In this document: positions 52,845 to 60,945 of the stretch, piece by piece | How positions within the stretch are numbered: position 1 is the stretch's first letter | Layout of the letters: each line of letters opens with the position of its first letter | From: an uncultured Planctomycetia bacterium | GTDB taxonomy: Bacteria > Omnitrophota > Gorgyraeia > Gorgyraeales > Gorgyraeaceae | NCBI GenBank assembly: GCA_964415355.1 | Contig: CAYPYS010000004.1 | Span: 27,220 to 91,219, forward strand | Length of the DNA: 64,000 bases | Direction of reading: 5' to 3' | Position numbers and translations under genes: made by a program | The notes under the pieces: generated by a model | Databases searched by the model: none | The model's input: the letters and a program-made list of their open reading frames with translations, nothing else | What the model was told of the DNA's origin: nothing

Positions 52845-53519
52845 TTATTTCGGGCGGCGTTTTTCGTCTAAGTAGTCGAGGTCAGAAAGCGGCAGCACCA
52901 CAGACGAGGCGATATTTACTAGGTGCGCCACTATGCGCTTGAAATATCTTGCCGTAAGCGCGAAGCACACAGCCTCATTAACGGAGAGTTTGCTTTTTGC
53001 AGTCTTTTCTATGATCTCGTCGCAGCGTTTTCCGAGTTTTGCTTCATAGTCCCAGGACTCTTTGGCTATTGTTTCATCAGATTCTATAAAGGCTGCTTTT
53101 GTTTTTTTGAAGAGATCCGCGATTTCCTTGTCTATGCTATTAAACCATTCACTGTATAACTTTTTATCCGTGGGTTTTTGTAAATATCGCGATACCTCTA
53201 GTAAATTTTTAGAATAATCCCCCAGTCTCTCAGCGTCTTTTACAACGCTCATCAATAGAAGGCTCGTAGACATATCGACGGATGGTTGCATAGACAGATG
53301 CTCTACAATCCTTTTTCTGATGTCTCTCTGCAGCTCATTGACCTTTTTATCGATGGCATAAACATTCTTTTCCAGGCCAGGCTCTTCTTCGTTATATATG
53401 AGCCTTTTGCATACAGAGCCAAACATCTTTTCCGTGTCGTCCAGCATCTTTTTGAATTCGTCAAGCACCTGACTTAAAAAATCCTTGCCCTTCCAGAAGT
53501 GTAATAGATTTTTAAACAT
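52845..53519 (-). CDS. PhoU-like / DUF47 phosphate-transport-associated regulator
   Basis: 224-aa all-helical protein with DUF47/PhoU-like repeat pattern. Immediately downstream of the Na/Pi cotransporter on the same strand. Confidence 0.55.
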   Translation of the reverse strand: MFKNLLHFWKGKDFLSQVLDEFKKMLDDTEKMFGSVCKRLIYNEEEPGLEKNVYAIDKKVNELQRDIRKRIVEHLSMQPSVDMSTSLLLMSVVKDAERLGDYSKNLLEVSRYLQKPTDKKLYSEWFNSIDKEIADLFKKTKAAFIESDETIAKESWDYEAKLGKRCDEIIEKTAKSKLSVNEAVCFALTARYFKRIVAHLVNIASSVVLPLSDLDYLDEKRRPK

Positions 53520-53530
53520 TTTGCGCCTCC

Positions 53531-54655
53531 TTATTTGAATAATCTCGAGATAAATATCAGGATACCGGGTATCAAAAAGAACGCGGATGATACGTAGATG
53601 AACGCATACCTGCGCTTCTTTAATGCAAGATTACCTAAGCCTTTGGCCAGGGTTATCGGTATTTTTCTAAACAATGGTATGGGATAAAAGAAAACAGCGC
53701 CTATCGTGTTGAAAAGAAAATGCGTAAAGGCAACAGTAATCGCCGCGATGTTCCCTGTCGCGAATGAGGCCAGGATAGCAGTTACGGTCGTTCCTATATT
53801 TGCGCCCAGGACAATCGGAAAAATCGACTCGACTGTCAAGACGCCAGAGGCTACCAGGGGCACCATTAGAGAAGTAGTTATAGAGCTGCTTTGTACGAAG
53901 GCGGTGAACATAATGCTGGCAATGATAGCCAGGATGCCGTGTTTACCGAGCACATTGTTAAAAACGATTTCCACGCGGCCGATTATAATAGACTTCATCA
54001 GCCGCACAATGAAATAGAGGCAGATGAACAGCAGCGCTATGGACAAAATCAGGAGCAATATATAGACAATATTTTCCGGGATGCTCGTTTCCAGCAGAGC
54101 ATGTTTTATAAAATTTATAGGTGGCTTTGTGGCTGTTTTTAAAGGGCTGGTAAATTTCACTCCTCCGACATTGGAAAACAAAAAAGACATTTTAATCGCC
54201 AGTTTTTCCAGGAAACCAGTGGCGACCTGGAGAGGAAAGAGTACCGCGACGCACAGTATATTAAAAAAGTCATGCACTGTAGAGCCTGTGATGGCGCGCT
54301 TAAACTCTTCGCGTCGGGTCACGTGGGCCAGTGATACGAGAGCGGCTGTTACCGTGGTTCCTATATTTGCGCCCATGATAATGGGAATCGCATTTGAGAT
54401 CGTTATAACTCCGGAGCCCACCATTCCCACTACAATAGAGGTCGTCGTGGAAGAGGATTGCACTATGCTTGTCGCGAGGATGCCGATAAAGAGACCTATG
54501 AATGGATTTGATGTGGCCTTGATTAGATTTTCGGCGAATTCCTTGCCAAAACCCTTGAACGCAGTGCCCATCAAACCAATGCTTACGAGAAATAAATAGA
54601 CAAGGATTATTACGAGAAGTATTCTGCAGGATATGGTGATTATGTTTCTATGCAT
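53531..54655 (-). CDS. Na+/phosphate cotransporter (NptA/PF02690 family) with internal duplication
   Basis: Duplicated motifs ...SGVITISNAIPIIMGANIGTTVTAALVS... and ...SGVLTVESIFPIVLGANIGTTVTAILAS.... 11-12 TM segments. Confidence 0.8.
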   Translation of the reverse strand: MHRNIITISCRILLVIILVYLFLVSIGLMGTAFKGFGKEFAENLIKATSNPFIGLFIGILATSIVQSSSTTTSIVVGMVGSGVITISNAIPIIMGANIGTTVTAALVSLAHVTRREEFKRAITGSTVHDFFNILCVAVLFPLQVATGFLEKLAIKMSFLFSNVGGVKFTSPLKTATKPPINFIKHALLETSIPENIVYILLLILSIALLFICLYFIVRLMKSIIIGRVEIVFNNVLGKHGILAIIASIMFTAFVQSSSITTSLMVPLVASGVLTVESIFPIVLGANIGTTVTAILASFATGNIAAITVAFTHFLFNTIGAVFFYPIPLFRKIPITLAKGLGNLALKKRRYAFIYVSSAFFLIPGILIFISRLFK

Positions 54656-54794
54656 AAAATATGTAGGAGTTCAAGGTGAATTATAAATCAAGAATCACTT
54701 CGCGTCAAACAAAATCACGGTTATTTTATGATTGCATAAATATTTGTTTGACTGTAGAATAAGAGTAATCATAAATTCGCAAAAGAAAGGCTAG

Positions 54795-54911
54795 ATGAAG
54801 AGAAAAAAACACAGGTTTGTCAGGCTCAGCAAGGTCCGGGCCTACCTTTTGCTGAAGAGCATCAAAAGGCAGCTTAAGTCGCAGGAAAAAAAGCTCTCCC
54901 ATCACGCCTAA
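54795..54911 (+). CDS. possible 38-aa Arg/Lys-rich small protein (MKRKKHRFVRLSKVRAYLLLKSIKRQLKSQEKKLSHHA)
   Basis: The ORF ends in a TAA supplied by REP copy 6, like many real genes here. No strong Shine-Dalgarno sequence; it could be spurious. Confidence 0.2.
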   Translation: MKRKKHRFVRLSKVRAYLLLKSIKRQLKSQEKKLSHHA

Positions 54912-54944
54912 CTTTACACTTTAACGTTGTTGAAATGTAAAGTT
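54910..54944. repeat. REP/MITE-like element, copy 6 (form B)
   Basis: Exact 35-mer. Confidence 0.9.
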
Positions 54945-54970
54945 AGGACAGATTAGCCGTAAATTTCCCC

Positions 54971-54999
54971 TTTACAAAATGTTAGCAAGCTTGTATAAT
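54971..54999 (+). promoter_or_regulatory. consensus sigma70-like promoter TTTACA-17-TGtATAAT for hisG, apparently leaderless
   Basis: -35 TTTACA at 54971-54976. Extended -10 TGTATAAT at 54992-54999. ATG at 55009. Same geometry as the dnaA promoter. Confidence 0.4.
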
Positions 55000-55008
55000 G
55001 ATTTCGCT

Positions 55009-55884
55009 ATGAATAAGCTAAAACTAGGTCTACCTAAAGGTAGCTTGCAAGAAGCTACCACCCGGATGTTTAAAAAAGCAGGGTTTAATGTTTCTGTGGG
55101 CTCCAGGAGCTATTTCCCGTCAATAGATGATGAGGAGATAGGCCCGTTTTTGCTGCGCGCGCAGGAGATGGCAAGATACGTGGCTGACGGCGCCATTGAC
55201 TGCGGCATTACAGGCGCAGACTGGACAGCTGAAAGCGGCAGGGACGTGGTGAAGGTGGAGGAGCTTATCTACGGGAAGCAGGGCTTGAGGCCGGTGCGAT
55301 GGGTCCTGGCAGTGCCGAATGGCTCTAAGATCAGAAGCGCGAAAGACCTCAAGGGCAAAAGGGTCGCCACTGAGCTTGTGAACGTCACGAAAAAGTATTT
55401 TAAGAAAAAGAATATTAGCATAGATATAGAATTTAGCTGGGGCGCGACAGAGGCAAAGGTCGGGGCCGGGTTAGTGGATGCGATAGTGGAGCTTACTGAG
55501 ACAGGGGCGAGCCTGAAGGCAAATAATCTCCGCATAATAGATACCCTATGCGAATCCACGACGCTGTTGATAGCGAATAAGAGCGCCTGGAAGAACGCAT
55601 GGAAGAGAAAAAAGCTAGAAAGCCTCGCGCTCCTTTTGAGAGGCGCGCTGGCTGCAGAAGAAAAAGTCGGGCTGAAAATGAACGTGGAGCAAAAGAATCT
55701 GAAAAAGGTAATTTCCATTCTGCCAGCCATGAAAAAACCCACCATATCTACTTTGTCTCAAAAAGGCTGGTGTGCCATTGAGACGATAGTCGACGAGCGA
55801 ATCGTAAGAGTCATTATTCCAAAGCTAAAGCAAAGCGGGGCTCAGGGCATAATAGAGTACCCGTTGAATAAAGTAATAAGCTAG
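55009..55884 (+). CDS. hisG: ATP phosphoribosyltransferase, long form
   Basis: MNKLKLGLPKGSL N-terminus, with catalytic and C-terminal regulatory domains. Start at 55009 because the ORF-track start at 54979 lies inside the predicted promoter. Confidence 0.85.
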   Translation: MNKLKLGLPKGSLQEATTRMFKKAGFNVSVGSRSYFPSIDDEEIGPFLLRAQEMARYVADGAIDCGITGADWTAESGRDVVKVEELIYGKQGLRPVRWVLAVPNGSKIRSAKDLKGKRVATELVNVTKKYFKKKNISIDIEFSWGATEAKVGAGLVDAIVELTETGASLKANNLRIIDTLCESTTLLIANKSAWKNAWKRKKLESLALLLRGALAAEEKVGLKMNVEQKNLKKVISILPAMKKPTISTLSQKGWCAIETIVDERIVRVIIPKLKQSGAQGIIEYPLNKVIS

Positions 55885-55897
55885 GAGGTAGCAAGAG

Positions 55898-55987
55898 ATG
55901 CCGTGTGGTAGAAAGAGAAAAAGAAGAAAGATATCGACGCATAAAAGAAAAAAGAGAAGAAGAAGAGACAGGCACAAGAAGAAATAG
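55898..55987 (+). CDS. 29-aa highly basic peptide (MPCGRKRKRRKISTHKRKKRRRRDRHKKK), bS22-like ribosomal-type small protein?
   Basis: Perfect GGAGGT 7 nt upstream. Composition and pattern (RRK.IS.HKRKK) resemble short Arg/Lys-rich bS22-class peptides. Not in the ORF track (under 60 aa). Confidence 0.35.
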   Translation: MPCGRKRKRRKISTHKRKKRRRRDRHKKK

Positions 55988-56004
55988 TCGCTTAACCGCG
56001 CTCT

Positions 56005-56039
56005 AACTTTACATTTCAACAACGTTAAAGTGTAAACTT
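56005..56039. repeat. REP/MITE-like element, copy 7 (form A, AAACTT variant)
   Basis: AACTTTACATTTCAACAACGTTAAAGTGTAAACTT. Confidence 0.85.
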
Positions 56040-56069
56040 AGGAGGCGCGCTCGAGCGGTCTTTACATCG

Positions 56070-57611
56070 GTGGTAATGACTCCGAGATTTTTTGTTACAC
56101 TAGCAGTGGTAGGGATATCAGCTTTGTGTGTATCAGGTTGCGCGTCTACGCCAAGGCTTAAAAAGAGTGCTATACGTAGCCCCGGGCAAGAGATTTTAAA
56201 GATAGCGAAAACAAAATCAAGCCCTCCCTCAATTTCCCCTAAGGCCTACGCCCATTACTCGATGGGAATGATTTATGACAACGAGGGCAGGATCGACCAG
56301 GCAATAGAGGAATATCTTAAAGCTATTGAATTTGATTCGCAGGCCGCCCCGGTATATTACAGGCTGGGTTCGGCATATTTGAAACTGGGAGATGTTGAGT
56401 CGTCGATCTCCGCATTAAATAAGGCAGTTGAGCTTAATGAGGAAAACGCGCGAGCCAGGTTTCTCTTGGCCCTTGTATACACCTCTCAAAAAAAATACGA
56501 CGAGGCGGCAAAGGAATACGAGGAGATTTTAAAGAGCGAACCGAATGACCTTGCAACTCTTTCGTCTCTGGCTGACATTTATATTTTAGGCCAGAACGTC
56601 GAAAAGGCCATAGAAATATACGAGGGCCTTTTAGAGGAAAAAAGTGATTCGCCCGTCATCCATTTTAATCTGGGCATTGTTTATGCCAGGGCTGCCCGGC
56701 CGGATGACGCGAAGACTCAATTAGAAAAGGCAGTGGAGCTAAAGCCAGATTATCTTGAGGCGCATTTGGCTCTGGCTGTGCTCTTTGAAATGACAGATGA
56801 ATTGGACGAAGCAATAAAGCATTACAAGGAAGCCATCCGCCTTGACCCTGTAAATACAAAACTTTATCGACAGCTGGGGAGATTGTATTTTCAGAAAGAG
56901 GACACAGGAGAAGCAGAGCGGCAGTATAAGCTTTTATTGAAATTCGATCCAGAGGATGTGGTCGCATACATAGAACTGAGTTATCTATATGTCGCAGGGT
57001 CAAGAATAGACGAGGCGATAGAGATCCTGGAAGAGGCGTTGACCCTGGACAGAAGGCCGCAGGACGTATACATGGCCTTGGGTTTTTGTTATAACGAAAA
57101 AGGCGAAAAGGACGAGGCAATAAAGCAATACGAAAAGAGCATTGAGATCGACCCGTTCAATGCAAGGCCGCATTTTTATTTGGGCGCGATGCTTGAGGAG
57201 ATGGGAAAAAGAAAAGCCGCGATATTGCAGCTGGAGAGGGCGGTGGAGCTGAACTCTCAAGACCCGGAGGCATTGAATTACCTGGGGTATGTCTACGCTG
57301 AAGAAGGGACAAAGCTCGACGAGGCAGAAGCGCTTATCTCTAAGGCGCTTGAGATGGACCCAGACAATGGTGCGTACATAGATAGTCTGGGATGGGTTTA
57401 TTATAAAAAAGGCATGTTCGAAGAAGCAAGGGAGCAGCTTGAAAAAGCGCAGAAGTTAGTCGGAGACGACGCAGTTGTATATGACCATTTAGGAGACGCG
57501 CATTTTAAGGTAGGAAGCTTTGACAGTGCGAAGGAGGCCTGGCAGAAATCTTTGGAGATAGAGAATAATGACGAGGTAAGGAAAAAACTAGAGGAGCTAG
57601 GGAAAGAATAA
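56070..57611 (+). CDS. TPR-repeat lipoprotein
   Basis: Signal peptide with lipobox LCVSGC. More than 10 TPR repeats. Start GTG 56070 or ATG 56076. Confidence 0.7.
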   Translation: MVMTPRFFVTLAVVGISALCVSGCASTPRLKKSAIRSPGQEILKIAKTKSSPPSISPKAYAHYSMGMIYDNEGRIDQAIEEYLKAIEFDSQAAPVYYRLGSAYLKLGDVESSISALNKAVELNEENARARFLLALVYTSQKKYDEAAKEYEEILKSEPNDLATLSSLADIYILGQNVEKAIEIYEGLLEEKSDSPVIHFNLGIVYARAARPDDAKTQLEKAVELKPDYLEAHLALAVLFEMTDELDEAIKHYKEAIRLDPVNTKLYRQLGRLYFQKEDTGEAERQYKLLLKFDPEDVVAYIELSYLYVAGSRIDEAIEILEEALTLDRRPQDVYMALGFCYNEKGEKDEAIKQYEKSIEIDPFNARPHFYLGAMLEEMGKRKAAILQLERAVELNSQDPEALNYLGYVYAEEGTKLDEAEALISKALEMDPDNGAYIDSLGWVYYKKGMFEEAREQLEKAQKLVGDDAVVYDHLGDAHFKVGSFDSAKEAWQKSLEIENNDEVRKKLEELGKE

Positions 57612-57617
57612 TACGCT

Positions 57618-58442
57618 ATGACAAAAAAATCCGATGTTAAAAAATTAGAAAACATAGCAAGGGAAGTTCGCGTTGAGATTTTAAAGATGCTAGCGTGCGC
57701 CGGCTCTGGCCATACAGGAGGTTCTCTTTCAATGGTAGAGCTTTTGGTCGGCCTGTATTTTTATAAATTTAAATGCGAGCCTGAAAAGCCTTTATGTCAT
57801 ACCCGCGACATCTTTGTTCTATCCAAAGGACACGGCTGTCCTGCGCTGTATGCTGTTCTCGCGCATATGAATTTTTTTGACAAAGAGGAATTATGCACTC
57901 TGAGAAAAGTCGGTACCAGGCTGCAGGGTCATCCTCAGAGAGGTCTTCCTGGCGTAGAGGTCTCCAGCGGTTCTCTGGGTCAGGGACTTTCTATTGCGAA
58001 TGGTTTTGCGCTGGCAGCGAGACTGGATAAAGATAAGAATAAGAGCGTCTATTGCATGATGGGCGACGGAGAGCTCGACGAGGGCCAGATATGGGAGGCT
58101 GTTCTCACGGCGAGTCATTATAAATTAGACAATGTGTGCGGTATAGTTGATTACAATAAATTTCAGATAGACGGAAGGATCGAAGACATCAAGGGGCTTG
58201 AGCCTTTAAAGGATAAATGGGAGGCGTTTGGCTGGGAAGTCCTGGAGATCGACGGCCACGATATCGGAGAAGTGATAAACGCCTATGATAAGGCAGAGAC
58301 CATAAAGGGGAAGCCAACGCTTGTTTTGGCGCACACTGTAAAAGGCAAAGGTGTTTCATTTTTTGAAAATAAAAATAAGTATCACGGTGTGTCTCCGAGC
58401 AAAGAGGAATTAGACCGCGCCTTAAAAGAACTAGGCGCCTAA
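57618..58442 (+). CDS. transketolase, N-terminal (TPP-binding) subunit of split enzyme
   Basis: GSGHTGGSLSMVELL, GDGELDEGQIWEA motifs. 274 aa. Confidence 0.85.
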   Translation: MTKKSDVKKLENIAREVRVEILKMLACAGSGHTGGSLSMVELLVGLYFYKFKCEPEKPLCHTRDIFVLSKGHGCPALYAVLAHMNFFDKEELCTLRKVGTRLQGHPQRGLPGVEVSSGSLGQGLSIANGFALAARLDKDKNKSVYCMMGDGELDEGQIWEAVLTASHYKLDNVCGIVDYNKFQIDGRIEDIKGLEPLKDKWEAFGWEVLEIDGHDIGEVINAYDKAETIKGKPTLVLAHTVKGKGVSFFENKNKYHGVSPSKEELDRALKELGA

Positions 58443-58475
58443 CTTTACATTTCAACAACGTTAAAGTGTAAAGTT
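58441..58475. repeat. REP/MITE-like element, copy 8 (form A)
   Basis: Overlaps the TAA stop of the transketolase N subunit. Separates the two transketolase subunit genes. Confidence 0.9.
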
Positions 58476-58510
58476 AAACGATGCGCATGCATTTAGGGAG
58501 TTATAGATAT

Positions 58511-59452
58511 ATGGACAAAAAGCCGACTAGAGATGGATTTGGCGAGGGCATTGTAGAGTTGGGGGAGAAGAGAAAAGACGTGGTTGTGCTTTCAGCTGAC
58601 CTCACTGAATCTACGCGAGCAGCGTGGTTCAAGGAAAAGTTTCCTGAGAGATTTTTCGCAATGGGCGTGAGCGAACAGGATATGATCTGCACGGCTGCCG
58701 GTCTCGCGCTGTCAGGCAAGATTCCTTACGCATGTACCTTCGGCGTATTTGCTGCTGGCAGGGCATGGGACCAGATCAGGGTGTCGGTCGCCTATATGGA
58801 TTTGAATGTGCGAATAGTCGGGACACATGGCGGTATTTCAGTGGGTCCGGACGGGCCAACGCACCAGGCGATAGAAGAGATAGCGCTGATGCGCGTCTTG
58901 CCTAACATGACTGTAGTTGTTCCTTGCGATGCAATAGAGGCGAAAAAGGCAACCATTGCCAGTGCTTCTTACAAAGGACCGGTTTATTTCAGGCTGGGCA
59001 GAAGCAAGGTCCCCGTGATCACTAGTGACAAAGATGTTTTTGAAATAGGCAAGGCCAAGGTATTGAGAGATGGCGGAGATGTTGCGATCATAGCATGTGG
59101 TTACGAGGTCTACGAGTCGCTCGTTGCTTGCGATATTTTGAAAAAAGAAGGCATAGAGGCCAGACTTATTAATCTGCATACTATAAAACCGATAGATAGC
59201 GATGTCATTAAAGCTGCTGCCAGGGACACAGGTGCGGTTGTCACGGCAGAGGAGCATACGATAATAGGTGGCCTGGGTAGCGCTTGTAGCGAGGTATTGG
59301 CGCAGGAATTTCCAGTGCCGATGGAATTTGTTGGCGTAAAGGATAGATTCGGCGAGTCAGGTTCTCCGGATAAGCTTTTCGAGATCTTTGGACTGACAGC
59401 GAAACACATTGCTGCGGCAGCAAAGAGGGCAATCGCCCGCAAGAAAAACTAA
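58511..59452 (+). CDS. transketolase, C-terminal (pyrimidine-binding) subunit
   Basis: MDKKPTRDGFGEGIVELG start with RBS TAGGGAG. The ORF-track start at 58481 would begin inside the REP element. Confidence 0.85.
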   Translation: MDKKPTRDGFGEGIVELGEKRKDVVVLSADLTESTRAAWFKEKFPERFFAMGVSEQDMICTAAGLALSGKIPYACTFGVFAAGRAWDQIRVSVAYMDLNVRIVGTHGGISVGPDGPTHQAIEEIALMRVLPNMTVVVPCDAIEAKKATIASASYKGPVYFRLGRSKVPVITSDKDVFEIGKAKVLRDGGDVAIIACGYEVYESLVACDILKKEGIEARLINLHTIKPIDSDVIKAAARDTGAVVTAEEHTIIGGLGSACSEVLAQEFPVPMEFVGVKDRFGESGSPDKLFEIFGLTAKHIAAAAKRAIARKKN

Positions 59453-59485
59453 CTTTACATTTCAACAACGTTAAAGTGTAAACTT
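59451..59485. repeat. REP/MITE-like element, copy 9 (form A, AAACTT variant)
   Basis: Overlaps the TAA stop of the transketolase C subunit. Confidence 0.85.
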
Positions 59486-59507
59486 AGAGAATGCGGACGC
59501 TGAGATC

Positions 59508-60389
59508 ATGCGTGAATTCACAGTTATTGCGCCGGCAAAGTTGAATTTATATCTGGATGTTTTGGAAAAAAGGCCTGACGGCTATCATAATATAGAAACG
59601 CTCTTTGAAAAAATAGACCTGAAGGATGAGCTAATCATAAGAGAGGCGAAAAAAGGCGTTGATGTAAAAGTTGAGCCGCGTCTTTGTCCTGAAGGAAAAA
59701 ATAATATAGTCTATAAGGCAGTCCAGGCACTTTTTAAAGCTAGCAACGCGAGTTTTGGCCTGGACATTGTTATCAAAAAAGGAATTCCAGTGGCAGCTGG
59801 TTTAGGCGGCGGCTCTAGTGATGCAGCATCAGCACTGCGTTCGATAAATGATAAGTTCGAACTGGGCGTGTCGTCCGAAGAACTTTTTTCTATAGCGGAA
59901 GACATAGGAAAAGATGTCCCATTTTTTATGTCGGATGAACCTTTTGCAATAGCTAAGGGTGCGGGCGAACTTCTAGAACCGATAAAGACCGAATGTGCTC
60001 TTTCGCATATTGTAATAAAGCCAGAGATATCAGTTTCAACTGCTGAGATGTATAAGAGGCTCGATGAATCTAGCGGCGCCAGGAAAAATAATCTAGGGAA
60101 ATTGGTTTCAGCGCTTAAAGCGGGAGACGTAGCTTCCTTAGAAGCATGTTGTTATAACGCATTTGAAAAAGTTTTAGGCAATTACAGCTCGCATATAAAT
60201 GAGGCAAAGTCTTTATTATCAAGAGTGACCAAGCGAGTGTGTTTTTTGTCTGGGAGCGGCCCATCGGTCTTCTGCACAGCGAAAAACAGAGAGGAGGCGG
60301 TCAAGATCAGGCAGGATTTAACTGCAGCAGGCGCTGTGGATGTTTTTTTAGCTGCAACTTACAAAGGAGGCATCTATGGAGATAACTGA
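59508..60389 (+). CDS. ispE: 4-diphosphocytidyl-2-C-methyl-D-erythritol kinase
   Basis: GHMP kinase motifs (PVAAGLGGGSSDAASAL). N-terminal APAKLNLYLDV. Confidence 0.85.
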   Translation: MREFTVIAPAKLNLYLDVLEKRPDGYHNIETLFEKIDLKDELIIREAKKGVDVKVEPRLCPEGKNNIVYKAVQALFKASNASFGLDIVIKKGIPVAAGLGGGSSDAASALRSINDKFELGVSSEELFSIAEDIGKDVPFFMSDEPFAIAKGAGELLEPIKTECALSHIVIKPEISVSTAEMYKRLDESSGARKNNLGKLVSALKAGDVASLEACCYNAFEKVLGNYSSHINEAKSLLSRVTKRVCFLSGSGPSVFCTAKNREEAVKIRQDLTAAGAVDVFLAATYKGGIYGDN

Positions 60390-60768
60390 AGTCAGGATTT
60401 TTCCAAAAGAAGGGCTTAACAATAAACTAAAGGCCTATGCCACCATAACTATCGAGAATGCATTTGTCGTGAGGAATATAAAGGTCATAGAGGGCAAAAA
60501 CGGTCTTTTCGTTGCGATGCCGTCGCGCAAGATGAAAGACTCTTGTCCAAAATGTCACCATAAAAACGAAGTGAGAAGCAAGTTTTGCAATGAATGCGGC
60601 ACAGGCCTGCCTCCTAAAAAAGAAGAACCTGTGACGCCTGAGGCGCAGCACGACGCTCGTCAATCAGAGCACAAAGACATTGCCCATCCTATAAGCGCTG
60701 AGTGTCGTGAATATATACAGACAAAGGTCTTGCAGGCGTATGAGTCAGAAAAAGGAAAACCCGCTTAA
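60376..60768 (+). CDS. spoVG: SpoVG-family protein with inserted zinc-ribbon segment
   Basis: MEITEVRIFP...ATITIENAFVVRNIKVIEGKNGLFVAMPSRK. Then inserted CPKCHHKNEVRSKFCNECG. Then DIAHPISAECREYIQTKVL. Strong RBS AAGGAGG. Confidence 0.8.
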   Translation: MEITEVRIFPKEGLNNKLKAYATITIENAFVVRNIKVIEGKNGLFVAMPSRKMKDSCPKCHHKNEVRSKFCNECGTGLPPKKEEPVTPEAQHDARQSEHKDIAHPISAECREYIQTKVLQAYESEKGKPA

Positions 60769-60801
60769 GTTTACATTTTAACGTTGTTAAAGTGTAAACT
60801 T
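60767..60801. repeat. REP/MITE-like element, copy 10 (divergent variant)
   Basis: AAGTTTACATTTTAACGTTGTTAAAGTGTAAACTT. Overlaps the spoVG TAA stop. Confidence 0.7.
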
Positions 60802-60805
60802 AGCT

Positions 60806-60840
60806 AACTTTACATTTCAACAACGTTAAAATGTAAAGTT
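60806..60840. repeat. REP/MITE-like element, copy 11 (form A, AAAATG variant), in tandem with copy 10
   Basis: AACTTTACATTTCAACAACGTTAAAATGTAAAGTT. Confidence 0.85.
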
Positions 60841-60849
60841 AGGATACAT

Positions 60850-60923
60850 TGGGACGTCGTCCAATGGTAGGACGCAAGATTTTGGATCTTGTTATTGTGG
60901 TTCGAATCCACACGTCCCAGCCA
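60850..60923 (+). tRNA. tRNA-Gln (anticodon UUG)
   Basis: Manual cloverleaf. Acceptor TGGGACG/CGTCCCA. D-arm GTCC AATGGTA GGAC. Anticodon stem CAAGA/TCTTG with loop TTTTGGA. T-arm TGTGG TTCGAAT CCACA. CCA encoded. Confidence 0.8.
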
Positions 60924-60945
60924 ACATATGAAAACGGAGTTTAGT

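Noticed and set aside
54081-54599. 172-aa + strand ORF and other ORFs antisense to the Na/Pi cotransporter (53706-54017, 53891-54142)
   Set aside because: They overlap the well-supported minus-strand transporter gene. No independent signals.
56061-56066. TTTACA hexamer upstream of the TPR lipoprotein gene as a third leaderless promoter
   Set aside because: No acceptable -10 hexamer at 16-18 nt spacing (GAGATT only). Not reported as a promoter.
55269-57120. Minus-strand ORFs of 158 aa (inside hisG) and 151 aa (inside the TPR lipoprotein gene)
   Set aside because: Antisense to genes with clear homology-based support. The Pro/Arg/Ala-rich composition reflects the GC-richer reverse frame.
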